DNA of 63,780 bases, the filler included, from Phoronis australis (Eukaryota; Animalia; Phoronida): the NCBI GenBank assembly GCA_002633005.1. It is 5 parts of 5 records of this genome, joined end to end, with 100 filler letters (N's around TTAATTAATTAA, not from the genome) between each part and the next. Parts side by side here need not be neighbours in the genome. Positions count along the whole stretch, not along the records: positions 19,222 to 38,044 come from NMRA01001457.1; 4 more parts are not named here. The stretch is one strand, 5' to 3'. The translations under genes and the position numbers were made by a program. This document shows positions 23,971-36,820 of the stretch, one piece after another (the first letter of the stretch is position 1; each line of letters starts with the position of its first letter). A model generated the notes under the pieces. The model saw nothing but the letters and a program-made list of their open reading frames with translations. It did no database searches and was not told where the DNA came from.

Positions 23971-25419
23971 TATTGCAATATTCTTCTAGCATACAATGGT
24001 CTATGTTAAATTCACAGCATGCACTTTCAATACATATTTAAAAGTTTCAGTGTCAGTTGTTCTTTTCGTTTCAGTTAATACAATATTTTTAGTTTTTGTA
24101 GTTTCAAAGCTAAATATTGCTTCGGTAGTCAGCTATTCAAGCGAAGTTGCAACGTGTTCGAAAATGGTATTTAGACATTCTGATGCGGCGTTACAGAAAT
24201 TCCAACTGCAACATTGTCCAAAATGTGTGATGCTTTTATAGCTAATTTTCTTAAATTTCGCGGTCTTTGTGGTTTAAAACGTGCGTGTCTTGCTTTTTAG
24301 GCATTGAATGAAGTTACGGGTTACGTAGAATTTGGATTCTGTTGCCCTTCAAGGGCTCTAAAGTCTCAATTCTTTCGAGTGCTACGTTTAGAATGGCCTT
24401 TCTAGAACACCGTTTGGCGTCAACGGTTAGTTTTGCCACTCTCGAACACAGTTACTTTCTCTCGCTTTGTATATTTCTCTTGCAAAGATGTACGACCCAT
24501 TCAAATGCCGAACTTTGTTTAACAAAGAAATGTCGGGATTTTGAATATAGCTTGATGTCGCAGCGAATAAATCAGGTCTTCTAAAAAACGAATATTTTGC
24601 CGGTGTTTAATGTGACGTGGACGGCCCAGCTAAAGTCCTGCATCGTCCAGCTTGTGTATTCAGCTATTGAGCTAGCACAATGTCCTACCGTCAGTTGAAG
24701 ACATTCTACGTCAGTCATTCGTGTTTCCTCAAGAGTGTGGTAATGGAAGTAGAACCAACCTGCATGCCTGTTGATGGGCCATTTTCGTCACTTTCTATTA
24801 TCGTTCTACGGCCGGATTATGAACACCCGTCATAGACACCAGGGGAACAGCCCGAATAAACATGAACCCTCAGTAGCCTCCTCAGTATGGTGCGCCGCCC
24901 ATGTTTTTTTTTCGTTTGTTGGATACTGAATTAACGGTTGCGATATGCAGTGCTATACAGTAGGGTTCACTGGTAACTTTTTAGTGTCAAGTCAACTTAG
25001 TAACCTACCCTGACAAACGGTGGCCAGAAGGGGGCTTAAATCATTACACAGGTTATAGCATTGACACTGAAGATTGTGTGTCTATGGGTGTAAAGCAATT
25101 TAGCATTAATTAGGTAGAATGGCATTTGTTGTATGCCACTTTAATAAGGACGAAAACAATTTGGCATTAGTTGGCAATGGTGATCTTGGCTCACACAGTG
25201 ACTGGTCACTTCACATTGTCAACAAAGGAACATCGGCTAAAGTATTTAGCGCTACCTTTTGTTAAGAATAAATTGCAACAAATATGTCACGCAATCCTTT
25301 TTAAGTCACTTAAAATTCAGGATGAGTTATGTCTACTTATAATTTCGATTAAATTTGATATAAATATTCAGAGAAAGTCGTTCAGTTGTTTTTATAATAA
25401 AAACAAAGTTGGATCGTCA

Positions 25420-25470
25420 TTCAAAGCACTTCCGCTCGCACTTGTTCGACATTTTTAATCGAAGGTGAGT
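25420..25470 (+). promoter_or_regulatory. Putative SPT6 promoter and non-coding first exon
   Basis: ETS-like CACTTCCG at ~25428 followed by a strong GAAG|GTGAGT donor at 25465; the ATG exon downstream has its own acceptor (26553). Confidence 0.45.
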
Positions 25471-25906
25471 TACGTTTTAACGCTTCTTGCACGCTTGTTG
25501 TGCGTTTTATGTCAGCTAGCTGATGCCTTGGGTTTAATTGTATTACTATGTGTGAACTTTCCAGGTTTTTATTTCGTTGGTGCTTGTTATTATGACCTTC
25601 ACATGCAGTCAACTCATCCTCGCTCGTTGTTGTCGTCTCGTCCATTTCGCCAATTCTTCGGATCACTGACGAGTGTCGATTCTGGAGGGTAAATCTATTT
25701 AGAAGAGTGATTGTTTACACGACTCCAAAATCGTACCCACATAATGTTAGTATTTTACACCTCATCTTCTTATCAGTTTGGTAGTGAAAAATCACCTAGT
25801 CCAAGTTACGAACCTTCTTTTATAAGTTCATTGCCAGGCGTCCTAACCAGTCGAGAGCAATTCTCAGCAATTGCACGTAAGCGAGTGATTAAGAGAGGCC
25901 TTTATA

Positions 25907-26367
25907 ATACTACACTTACTGCAGATTAACCACACTTTAAATGCAGAATACAAAAACGTATCCGCCCAGCATCAGATATACGACATCACACTACACCTTC
26001 AGTTTTAAGTTTCAAAAATTTTATTATTCATGGGCATGGTTGTCAACTGTTGCCAATTTACCAATATTCTGCATATAGACTGTATCATGTTGCGGATGTT
26101 GGGAAAGAAATTCTCTTTAAAAATCTGTTAAGAATAAAGTAACAGAATATTTCCCTGAAAGTGTTCAATAGTTCCTTGGCCCCAGCTACACGGGGAAATT
26201 GCCGTTTACTAGTTGTCAGTTCAAAACTACGCTGCATTGGGCAAGACGCCAAGAGAATTTGTGGGGAACTTTAGTTACAGTTTTTTATCCAGCTAGCAAT
26301 CGAACACCTGCCCCGTCTGCGGCAGTCTGCTGCACCACCAGGCCAGCGAGCCATGCCTGTGGTTGCT
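25907..26367 (-). mobile_element. tRNA-derived SINE-like insertion with target-site duplication
   Basis: Minus-strand A-box TGGCCTGGTGG and B-box GTTCGATTG near 26300-26350; flanked by TGAT(T/A)AA(G/A)AGAGGCCTTTATA at 25886-25906 and 26368-26388 (19/21 identical). Confidence 0.55.
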
Positions 26368-26569
26368 TGATAAAAAGAGGCCTTTATATATTTACTCGCA
26401 CATTTGGAAACCTGTCATTTATTGGAGACCCATACTTGTAACATAATACCCACTGTTTTAATTACAAACTGGTACCAATGAGAAACTTTGTGGCAATGTA
26501 TACAATTCATATATTTCATTTGAGTTAACTATATGGAGACTTGTCAATTTCAGACTTTCTTTGGTCACA

Positions 26570-26684
26570 ATGTCGGACTTTCTTGAGAGCGAGGCTGAGG
26601 AGTCTGAAGAGGAATTAGAAGTGGGAAAGAAGAAGGCCGTCATCAGTGATGATGAAGAGGAAGATGAAGAAGATGATGACGGAG
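26570..26684 (+). CDS. SUPT6H: SPT6 coding exon 1
   Basis: [38 protein letters not shown]; acceptor 26553; G|GTCAGT donor, phase 1. Confidence 0.95.
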
Positions 26685-29600
26685 GTCAGTATTGAACCTT
26701 GCTTAAACATACATTGATGTTTAATGCAAAGAGACTAACTGAAATTCCTTCAGTTAAAACGTTTTACCAGGAATTTACCATAATTATAAATCTACCTTGG
26801 AGTGTCAGCCTGGGACATAAGTTGATGAAAATCAGAGTTATCAGACTTAACGATCATAGACATCTGGAATGTTAAAGTAAATTAATCTCTTTCGTTTTTT
26901 TAATCTTATCAGTCACTTTTATTTTCTGTAATAACATTGAGCCATGCAAACACCATATCACTCTCTTGCACAAACCTATGCCTTAAAAATTAAACCTTTA
27001 AAAACCAATTTAGTTTTAGTCTCTTTTATGATAGCACGTAGCTGTACCAAAACAGTGACTTGATAATGGATTGTTGAAATACAGCATCCGTGGGATTTCT
27101 TTTCAGAAGATCTCAAGGACCTTATCAATGATGAAGTAGAGGAGGAAGAAGAGGAAGAAGGGGGGACAGGCACGGGGGAGAGTGATGATGAAGAAGGGAA
27201 ACGCAAGCTGTCAGACTATGATGATCAACTGTCCGATGATGATTACGATCTCATTCAGGAAAATCTGGGAATTAAAATCAAGAAGAAGGTGAGAAATTCC
27301 ATTTCAACTCAAATTCTGGGCTTACTCTTACCAGTGACTAAGAAATAGGTTTATAATTGTGTTTAAATGCGTATACTTTGGTGTGTAATTAATTCATATC
27401 TGCCTTATGCTGCAACAGATCGTAGCCAATACACCTGCGGTTTGTATTGTTCTGTTAATTTTGTACTGAAACTTCGGTTGTATTTATCATATGCCTTAAC
27501 TGTTGGCAGTGCATCTGGTGTGGCAGCCCAAAATCTTCTTATAATTGAGACTTGGATGATGTGAAGTGTATAAATACTAATTTTTGGCTAATAATTATTC
27601 TAGACATCTATACAATTACTGTGTAATCATTTTTTTTTAACAGTTACCAATTTATTAAGACATACACGAATATATTAATTCTGTAAAATTCAGCGCGGAA
27701 ACTGCTGTTAGCATTATATCTGGGCTTTAGTCAGTGAACACACAATAATAAATAGGAATATTCAACTGTTATCATTTTTACAACAATAAGAGAAAAGTGA
27801 CATTGACTTACAACACACCAATACAACAACAGATTGTAATCGTCAAAGCATTGTTGAATAATGACAATTGACGATTTTCAAAAACCTCTGAGGGTTGTTC
27901 CAGCAAAATCTGTGTGGGAGGGGGGGGAAGGCAACTGAAATAAAAATTTATGGGTGGTTGCGTTTGATTTAAATTCAAAATGGCTGGTAGTCGTACTTCA
28001 TAAAAATAAAAATTTACAGGTCGTTGTTGTTTCATTGGGCCATAAATGTTTGATGCCGGGTAATTTTAGTAAATTTTATAAACTATCTGCACAGAATCAA
28101 AAACTGAAACAAAAATGCAACTTGCAAAAAGCTCCGACTTTTTCATTCCCTCCCATCTCCTCATCGGCATGCCGATAACACCAGTTAACCACAGGTGCTC
28201 GAATTTCTCGATGGCTAATAACCATATATAAGAAACATATGTTTTCTTAGTAATGAATGACGTTAGTGGTGATGGAGGAACAGATAAACTCAAGCGCCTG
28301 TGCAGTCAACCACAAGAATAAAAAAAAATACGGGTGGTTGCATTTCAAACTTATAAAAAATTACGGGTGGTGGGCTGAAGAAATAAATGAAAAATATGGG
28401 TGGTGGGTGCAAAAAAAGGTGCCTTCCCCCCCTCCCATACAGATTTTACTGGAACAGCCCTCAGTTTGCTCTTGTTTTTTTTTCCATTTGCTCGTTTGCC
28501 GACTCATGTGCCAGCATTGAATGACATCACGTGCCTTGCAGAGAAAGCGTATCCGGATGATGTCAGATGATGAAGAAAGTGACAAAGAGGAAGTGGCTGA
28601 GAAACCCGACGATCGCGACGTAATAGCTAACGAGCTGTTTGAGGATGATGACGAAGAACCAGGTTCACCGAAAGAAGCGCCCCCTCCACAGAAGGACGAG
28701 AACGAGTTCGGAAATCTTGACGAGGAAGAGGAGTCAGGTAGATGATTCTAACCGTTGTTCATGTTATTGTTTTATTGACACACTGAAATGATCACCTTTG
28801 TTTTCTTGTGGTTTGTTCAATGCGGAAGATTTCAGTCAGTCTTCATCACTGCTTATGCTGTGAAGTGCTTAGTGTGGGATCCACAGCTCATGACAGTTCT
28901 AGATGCAGATAATGGCCAATGCACGTACCAAGTTTTAGTGAACTATTCCATTATACTTTCCCTTTTCACAATTTCTTATGCACTTATATCTGTATCTGGT
29001 AATGGTTCTATCTTTAACACGTCTTTGTGTATTGATTTATCTCCTCTTGGCTATTTAGATGTTGACGATTTCATCGTGGATGAAGACGGTCAACCCATAA
29101 GTCAGGCCAAGAAGAAGAAAAAGCATATCATACATCATGACCAGTAAGTGCTTCTGACAATTAAGGTGCTGGTCTGTGTGGATTGATGCAGGATATTAGT
29201 AAAGTTCACTGAGTAATGTTTTAGTGAATAGTTTAATTGCCATGTAGAGATTTGTATGAATGAATCGTTTGCGACTATGACGACAGTGGATTTTGCACAG
29301 TCATTCGTGTTATTGATGGATGCGAGGCGTGGGTGTATACACCTCTGCACATTGCTGTATGTCGATATCTTCGACAAGTGCAGTGGAGAGTCGTTGCTCG
29401 TGAATTAGCTTTTGGACAGAAGGTTATCCTTGCTTAATTCAGTCAGTACCATGGACAGATGGATGGACTTGTCATCAGTTGGATGGGTCATTTACAATAT
29501 GTACCATGGACAGATGGATGGACGTGTCATCAGTTGGATGGGTCATGTACAATGTTTACCATGGACAGATGGATGGACGTGTCATCAGTTGGATGGGTCA

Positions 29601-32600
29601 TGTACAATGTGTGCCGTGGACAGATGGATGGACTTGTAGTCAGTTGGATGGGTCATTTACAATGTGTACCATGGACAGATGGATGGACTTTTCGTCAGTT
29701 TGATGGGTCATGTACAATGTGTACCATGGACAGATGGATGGGTCATTTACAATGTGTTCAGCAAAAAAAGTCAGATAATAATTTGAGAATTCTTTGTTCA
29801 ATGTTTTGGCATGACTCAAGTCAATATACTACTACATCAGCGCGCCCAAACATTTGCTTGCACAATCAGTTATGCGAGTGCACAAACCTGCACTCGTGAG
29901 TGTGTAGTCCAAGAATACGAGTGGACAGTTTATGTTTTTCGAACGCACAAACTAATTAGAAGCGATCTAAATGCCCTATTCCGTAGGTTTGTAAACTTGA
30001 AAGATTAAGCTGTCCGCTTGTATTTTTGGACTGTACACTCAAACGTGCAGGTTTGTGTACTCGTACACCCGATTATACGCGTAATTCTTTGAGTGCCTCG
30101 TACATGGCCGTAAACTGTAATCTCGGTTAGTTTTAAGAAAGTGTGCCAAGTCTTTGTGACTGCTCCTCTGTCAGTTTCAATATGTCACTTCCAGAGCTCT
30201 TCAAGAGGCTCAAGATATATTCGGTGTCGATTTTGACTTTGATGAGTTTGAGCAGTACGGCGACGAGTATGAAGAAGATGAAGAAGAGGCTGAAGATGAG
30301 GTAGGCTGGCATTTGATAGGCAATTTAAAGGTGTCCCCAATTTTGAGAACCAATTTGATGCCCGTCGTTCAGTGGAGGAATCTCAAAATGCGGGAAACCT
30401 GTAAATGACTGTTTGTGTTTGACGTGACGGTTGGTCGGAAGTTTCAACCATCAATAATTGACGTTTTAATCAACATTTTAATGGTGTGTTGCCAGTCATG
30501 TAAGTATCATGTCTTCCTAAAATTACTCTCTGTTGCACATGAGACGTCTTGCCAAATCTCTTTCTTCAGGGACAAATTTTGCGCATTGTACAAATATTAT
30601 ATTCCTTCTTGCCATCATTCTTTATGTCAGGATTAACTCACAATTTTATATTAATGTGTTGTGGCCTTCAAGTTATGCCAGTTGTCAGTGACCAAGACAT
30701 TCACTTATTTATTATTTATTTATTTATTTAATTATTTAATTATTATTTTTAATGTTTTACGTATATATTTATTTACCTATTTAGTAACTGATTTATTTAT
30801 TTACTGCTGATTATCTTGTCTTTTATATTTTTTACGGACCATAATGGAAATAAGTCTGACTTTTTATGGTATCAGTGTCTTACACTTGTGCTTTTATTTG
30901 TGTCTTGTGTTTTATGTTTTTCTTTGATTTCTCTGTACTTATGCGATTATAATAAATTTATTATTGCTGTTGTTATTAAGACAAAAAATCATCTTCATTG
31001 TCAGTTTGACTGCGATTAAGAATGGTTTGTTTGTGTTAGTATGAGACAGAAGATATGGACGAAGAGGGAGAAACTGTGAGCAGGAAGACTAAGAAAGCGA
31101 GGAAGAGGGCAGCCAAGAAAAGCATTTTTGACGTGAGTCTACAATATTGATTAATATGGTAAAAATTCTCCAATTTGGGACAGTGAAAAATCTATTATTT
31201 TGCTCCTGGTCAGAGCTTGTCCCAAATTCTAAGACAATATTAACTGTAAGAAATTCGAGAATCACGGGAAAGACATCCAAATTACCTTCTGTAGATTGAG
31301 AACACATGAGAAACGTGGTGAACGCCAAAATCGTCCTTGTCCCAAATTCTAGAGTCAGGTGTTTCCATGTCAGAAAAATCTAGAGTCCCAAATCAAGAGA
31401 GTGTCCCATATTGGATAATTTTTACTGTACTAAGTCTTGTTCTTGTCCTGTTTGATGTCAGGTGTTGAGCAGATTATTACTACACAGCTGGGTCAGCAGC
31501 ACCTAGAATTTAAAGGTGTATTAGCATACTCCTAACTATGCTAATGTATTGGGAGGAACTAAACCACAGTATTATTTTAACAATCTATGCGAAATAAAAA
31601 GTGAAAACAAAAAAAACTCTGCAAGTAGGTGACCTTTGCACTATGACGTACCTCGCAGGCTCACATGGCCCTCATCATACGGGTCTTTCCAACCCCAGAA
31701 GTCACTTCGTGCCTGAGTGCTAAGTGCTGTAAATTTTTTATATGTATTTATTGAACAGAATATTTTACAGTACAAAAAGTAGTGTACACAAACTCTTACA
31801 CATATATCACAGTTGTGCCTGGGATTAGAGTATTATCAAAGACGGAAATTACACAAATAGATGAATCGTAGGGGTCCACCTTTCAACAAGTAGTTCATAT
31901 TTACAATTTTTACAAAAAATTATATTTGACCAAACACATGACCAAGTTAATTACATGCCAAACAATACCTCATGTAAGTTCAGTTCAAAAGATTCACCAG
32001 TTTTCGATACTATCCAGTTGTTTGCAGCCACCCGGAAATTTTGAAAATTTACACAATTTAAGTTCTGTAAATTGAAAGTTAGTCTCTTTGACCGAAGGGT
32101 GGCTTGTAGCAACTTTAAAGCAAGTTATTTTTTAGGATGAGTTTCTTTCATCGTCTCATATGTCTTTGATGAGTCGGATTGAAATAACTAATATGTTACA
32201 AATTAATTGTGTCGGGCATTTTGTTAGGTCAATTTAATGCTCCTTTGTGTTGAACATATTTGTTAACGTTGAACGTAAAGCAGTCTGTCTGTTATTAGCA
32301 GCCTCTTTAACTGGTCTTCTGACCTTGACAAATCTGCACCTGTGTAATTTCATAATCACTTACAGGTGTTTGAGCCTAGTGAATTGGAACGAGGCCTGTT
32401 CACTGATTTAGATCAGGAGATACGAATGACTGATATGCCAGAAAGATTTCAGGTATTTATGCTTTAATGATTGTGAAGTTTTGTCAGCGGTTGTTGGTTG
32501 TTGTTTTTTAGATTGAATTTCATAAACTGGTCCAAGTTGAAAGGTGAAGTGGAATCAACTTTTGCATGGATGATAGTGCATTACTGATGCATACTTGTGT

Positions 32601-35600
32601 GTTTAATGAAATATTTTTTTAAAATTATCCATTCTAGCAATTTTGTGATGCCTCATCATTATCATAGCTTGAATATTTCGAATATTTTGACACTTACCAT
32701 TAAATGTGCTATGTCTCAATAAAGTCGCGAATATTTTTGTTCACCTGCACTTACAAACTTCCTGGGATGTTTTGGTATCCTGAGCCCACTGTCCTTGAGC
32801 TGAATTTGAAATCTGTTGTTAAGTTTGATTTTGTGAGTATTTTGTGTTGATGTTTATGGACATTAATCATTGAACCAAGGCAGGCCTTATGGCAAAACCA
32901 GCCAAGAGACTTAAAACAATTATTTGATTCTCATAAGATCTTGATTGAAGTTATAATTATATTGTCTTCTGGAGTCATATGGGGTAAGCCTTCGTAAAAG
33001 ACACGAGTCCTGTTAGTGAATTGGAAATGCCATTAATCATGGATGCTTAAGGTCGAGATCAATCATCCTAAGAAACCTGTTTAGTTGCACATAGCAAAGA
33101 TTTGTGGACAAAATCCCTTATCAAACCATTTAATATTGCAGGTTCTGTTAATTTGCTGACTTACTTATCCAATATTATTTTAATAAAATGTGAACACCTG
33201 GAAAATCTCAATCAACCACCAAAGACTGCTGTTACCCGAATGGAACAACAATGAATTTCAATTCTTTGGTCATCGAATAGTTTACAGTAAACTTAATTTG
33301 CACGTTGTTAATGCTTTTACCAATCATGATGTTTGCAAACGTTTTCATGCCAAACACAGGAATTGTTTCTTTCCAGACTGTAATTTTGATACTGATAATT
33401 CTCTTGGATTTCATTTGNNNNNNNNNNNNNNNNNNNNNNNNNNNNNNNNNNNNNNNNNNNNNNNNNNNNNNNNNNNNNNNNNNNNNNNNNNNNNNNNNNN
33501 NNNNNNNNNNNNNNNNNNNNNNNNNNNNNNNNNNNNNNNNNNNNNNNNNNNNNNNNNNNNNNNNNNNNNNNNNNNNNNNNNNNNNNNNNNNNNNNNNNNN
33601 NNNNNNNNNNNNNNNNNNNNNNNNNNNNNNNNNNNNNNNNNNNNNNNNNNNNNNNNNNNNNNNNNNNNNNNNNNNNNNNNNNNNNNNNNNNNNNNNNNNN
33701 NNNNNNNNNNNNNNNNNNNNNNNNNNNNNNNNNNNNNNNNNNNNNNNNNNNNNNNNNNNNNNNNNNNNNNNNNNNNNNNNNNNNNNNNNNNNNNNNNNNN
33801 NNNNNNNNNNNNNNNNNNNNNNNNNNNNNNNNNNNNNNNNNNNNNNNNNNNNNNNNNNNNNNNNNNNNNNNNNNNNNNNNNNNNNNNNNNNNNNNNNNNN
33901 NNNNNNNNNNNNNNNNNNNNNNNNNNNNNNNNNNNNNNNNNNNNNNNNNNNNNNNNNNNNNNNNNNNNNNNNNNNNNNNNNNNNNNNNNNNNNNNNNNNN
34001 NNNNNNNNNNAAGTGTTTTTAAAAAGTTCCAGTTTGACATGAGGGGCCATCAAAAATTGCAACTTGTTAAGATTGTTAAGAAAAACATCAAAGAAGTTGC
34101 ATAAAATGAATAGAAGTGGATAATTTAGATAGCTGTTGTAGCCATTTTGAAATTTCATCTCGAACATGTATATCAAAATAATGAAATTCAAGAAAATAAC
34201 TACGGTTTTAAAACTTGACATGTTTCGGTGTCATTTATTAAACACTATCCTTATGACTTCTGAGGATGGTGTTTAATAAATGACACCGAAACATGTCAAG
34301 TTTTAAAACCGTAGTTATTTTCTTGAATTTATGCTGCTACTTGCTATCATGGAGAAAATAATGAAAGTTTGTCATGTTATCCGTAGTGTTGTTTTGCTTT
34401 GAATGTAAGTTGGTTGTTTCTTTTTTGTCACTTATAATGAAAAGATGTGGTCACGGGACCAAATTAATTACAGATTTGTATTAAGTACAAATCAAATTTT
34501 ATTGGCTTTTTACTTTCAGAATATAATATATTTTAATGTACAGTTAGTTAAATGCTATGGTTTTGTACGTATCTGGCAAAAATGCACATTCTTGTTGATA
34601 GGGTCTTGTATAACTTTAATTATTTTTTAATCTGTCTGAAATCTTTGACAGTGTAGAAGCAGTTTAAAATCCAGTAAAAATATTTAAAATTAATATGCGT
34701 TTTTTAACCATATTTATTTTTAACGGATTTTAAAATGAAAGTTTTTAACAGCTTAAAAGAATCAGTTTAAAATCCAATAAAGTATATAAAATTAATTTGG
34801 GTTTTTTAACTATATTTATTTTTACCAGATTTTAAAATGCTTTTAACTGCTTCTTCTTTGTCTTATTTTATCAGGTCTCGACGTGTGTCATTTTTGAGTG
34901 ATATCTTAGAATTTTTTTAACAAATATTTTTAGTTGCCTCTTTGTCTTTTGATTGCAGGTCCCATTTATAGCATTCTACCGTAAGGAATACGTGGAACCA
35001 GAGTTAAACATTAGTGAACTGTGGAAGGTCTGGCAATGGGATGAAAAGGTAAGAAATGACTGAACTTGGGAATGAGTTTTCATTCACCATACAGTGAGAA
35101 TGTACCATGAGACTATTTAAAAATTTTGAGCTTGTTGTATCAAAGCCACAGGTTTTGATTTCTACAATGATACATTGGCAGTGAGGTCATATTTAAGTCA
35201 CATTTGATTGCATGCAGTTTTAAATAAATTTCTTGCACAGTCTTCTATGTCACCTATAAGATGTGATTTTCTCTGTAACACACAGTTCCAAGACATTAAC
35301 ATAATGACAATAAAATGTCATATCTGTCACAAGTTGGCTGAAAACGGACATTTCACCGAGATTCTCATTGTAGTGGACACAACTGAGAGGCCGCAAAGAG
35401 AATATGATCGCTCTGTTCGAAAAGATGCAACAGTTTCAATTTGAGCAGAACGCCGACCCCGACGAACCACTTCCAGATAATATACGCGCTTTAACGGAGG
35501 AAGATATAGAGATGTGAGTGGCACGTTGTATCTCTGATCTTAAATTCTTTGCATTTGTTTGTTGTTGTTTAGTTTCTTTGAACTGTGTGATTGTGTACTA

Positions 35601-36820
35601 ATCAAAACTGCAGTTTTGTGCATGGCAATTGTTCACCTATTCAGTTCGAAATAAGGTGGAAAAGTGGGCTTCAAATTTTTTAACAAAGTAACCTGTACTG
35701 AAATGTGTGCTTCATTTTAGAATTATTTGTACTACACATCTTCCATTAAACAATGTTTGTCTAAGTCTGACTACTTGTATCAGGATACTCAATCTTTGAA
35801 CAACAAGAAAATTACAAATTTGACATTCATTTTTTGCGCAAGATAACTGGATTACTGTAACAGGAAAGATGTATTATTAAATTAATTAATTAAACATTTG
35901 ATCTTTAATATATCCCATGACTGTCAAAATAAATTGTCTATTTGATCCAGTGCTCGCAATGTGGAGACCATGGAGGAACTTAGGGACGTCTACCAGCAGT
36001 TCCTGCTCTACTACGGACGAGACATCCCCAAGATGAAGAACGCGGAAAAAGCTAAGAAGGCCAAGGCCCTGGCAGAGGAGGGGCGTGAGGGGGAGGATGC
36101 CGAGATGAATGAGCAGCAAGATGCACCCCTGAAACAGGCCACGAGGAAGACAGGATACCACATTTGTCAAGACGCTGGTCTAGGTATGTAGCCATTACCA
36201 GGAGCTGTTCTGATTACGAGGATATTTTTAACTGAAAAAGTGTATTAGGATTCCTCTTTCAAATATAATATTAATGAATGATATTGCCGTTATTTGCTAC
36301 ATATGATTTTGAATAAGCACATGAATATGAATAACGATTAATGTGTAACTTACATGTAGTGTAGTCATTAAAAGCAAACGATGTAGCTACCCTTAGCTAT
36401 ATAATCCATGAAATTGATCTTGGAATGCTGTATTTTTGTCAGAGTCCCTTGTGTACTTTTAATCATTGGTATTTGGTGGGAACTTCATTATTGGACAAGT
36501 GCATGCTTTTCATGAACTTCTTAATCAAAAGCATGATTTGAATTCCTTGATCGGGAACAAAGAAGAAGAAGTAGAACTGTTGGTGACTACATTACACAGT
36601 GTGGTATGTTTTTTGTTTATACAAATGTTATGCTATACAGACACTAGTGTTATGACACTGGCAGGTGATTGTTGGTCCTGTGCTTTGTAGATGAGTTTGC
36701 GAAAAGGTTCGGTCTTAGCCCTGACCAGTTTGGAGAGAATCTGAAAGAAAACTACCAGAAGAATGAGGTGGATCAGTTCCCAGAGGAACCCATGGAGTTG
36801 GCACAGGAGAAAATATGCGG
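26570..36820 (+). CDS. SUPT6H: Transcription elongation factor / histone chaperone SPT6, 5' part (11 visible coding exons; gene truncated at the 38045 spacer)
   Basis: Phase-consistent GT-AG exons translate to [15 protein letters not shown]...[12 protein letters not shown]...[13 protein letters not shown]...[14 protein letters not shown]...FEPSELE...DMPERFQ...[16 protein letters not shown]...[12 protein letters not shown]...[12 protein letters not shown], collinear with metazoan SPT6. Confidence 0.97.
27107..27288 (+). CDS. SUPT6H: SPT6 coding exon 2
   Basis: [14 protein letters not shown]...[23 protein letters not shown]; TTTCAG / GTGAGA; phase 1-0. Confidence 0.95.
27892..28460. mobile_element. 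MITE with ~36-bp TIRs (Harbinger-like) in an SPT6 intron
   Basis: GGGTTGTTCCAGCAAAATCTGTGTGGGAGGGGGGGAAGGCA / TGCCTTCCCCCCCTCCCATACAGATTTTACTGGAACAGCCC; TGA/TCA flanks. Confidence 0.75.
28542..28737 (+). CDS. SUPT6H: SPT6 coding exon 3
   Basis: [12 protein letters not shown]...[12 protein letters not shown]...DEEEES; TTGCAG / GTAGAT; phase 0-1. Confidence 0.93.
29059..29143 (+). CDS. SUPT6H: SPT6 coding exon 4
   Basis: [28 protein letters not shown]; TTTAG / GTAAGT; phase 1-2. Confidence 0.95.
29447..29757. repeat. 55-bp minisatellite, ~5.6 copies
   Basis: Unit TACCATGGACAGATGGATGGACTTGTCATCAGTTGGATGGGTCATTTACAATATG starts at 29447, 29502 and onwards. Confidence 0.92.
30195..30300 (+). CDS. 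SUPT6H: SPT6 coding exon 5
   Basis: [35 protein letters not shown]; TTCCAG / GTAGGC; phase 2-0. Confidence 0.95.
31040..31132 (+). CDS. SUPT6H: SPT6 coding exon 6
   Basis: [31 protein letters not shown]; TTAG / GTGAGT; phase 0-0. Confidence 0.93.
31157..31427. mobile_element. Tc1/mariner (pogo/Tigger-like) MITE
   Basis: TA|TGGTAAAAATTCTCCAATTTGGGACA ... TGTCCCATATTGGATAATTTTTACTG|TA: TIRs with a TA duplication. Confidence 0.7.
32366..32452 (+). CDS. SUPT6H: SPT6 coding exon 7
   Basis: [29 protein letters not shown]; TACAG / GTATTT; phase 0-0. Confidence 0.95.
34187..34354 (+). mobile_element. Miniature Penelope-derived insertion (inverted plus direct pLTR fragments) with 12-bp TSD
   Basis: 68-bp inverted arms (34184-34251 / 34263-34330, one mismatch); AAAATAATGAAA at 34175-34186 and 34355-34366. 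Confidence 0.75.
34255..34302 (+). ncRNA. Minimal type I hammerhead ribozyme (PLE type), core intact
   Basis: GACTT-CTGAGGA-T-GGTGT...ACACC-GAAA-CATGTC-AAGTT: stem I, CUGANGA, stem II, GAAA, palindromic ACAUGU stem III, GUC cleavage triplet (C34297). Confidence 0.78.
34959..35048 (+). CDS. SUPT6H: SPT6 coding exon (first visible one after the N gap)
   Basis: [30 protein letters not shown]; TTGCAG / GTAAGA; phase 0-0. Confidence 0.96.
35374..35513 (+). CDS. SUPT6H: SPT6 coding exon
   Basis: [46 protein letters not shown]; TTGTAG / GTGAGT; phase 0-2. Confidence 0.95.
35951..36183 (+). CDS. SUPT6H: SPT6 coding exon
   Basis: [33 protein letters not shown]...[18 protein letters not shown]; TCCAG / GTATGT; phase 2-1. 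Confidence 0.96.
36691..36820 (+). CDS. SUPT6H: SPT6 coding exon (last visible)
   Basis: [43 protein letters not shown]; TTGTAG / GTGCGT; phase 1-2. Confidence 0.94.

Noticed and set aside
24790-24905. Divergent gene start upstream of SPT6 (AAACATGG.CGGCG, ..ILRRLLRVH on the minus strand)
   Set aside because: The ATG frame stops after six codons and no downstream exons were found.
29447-29757. CRISPR-like array or repetitive Trp/Met/Cys protein ORFs
   Set aside because: Contiguous 55-bp tandem units without unique spacers, inside an SPT6 intron; the ORFs are by-products.
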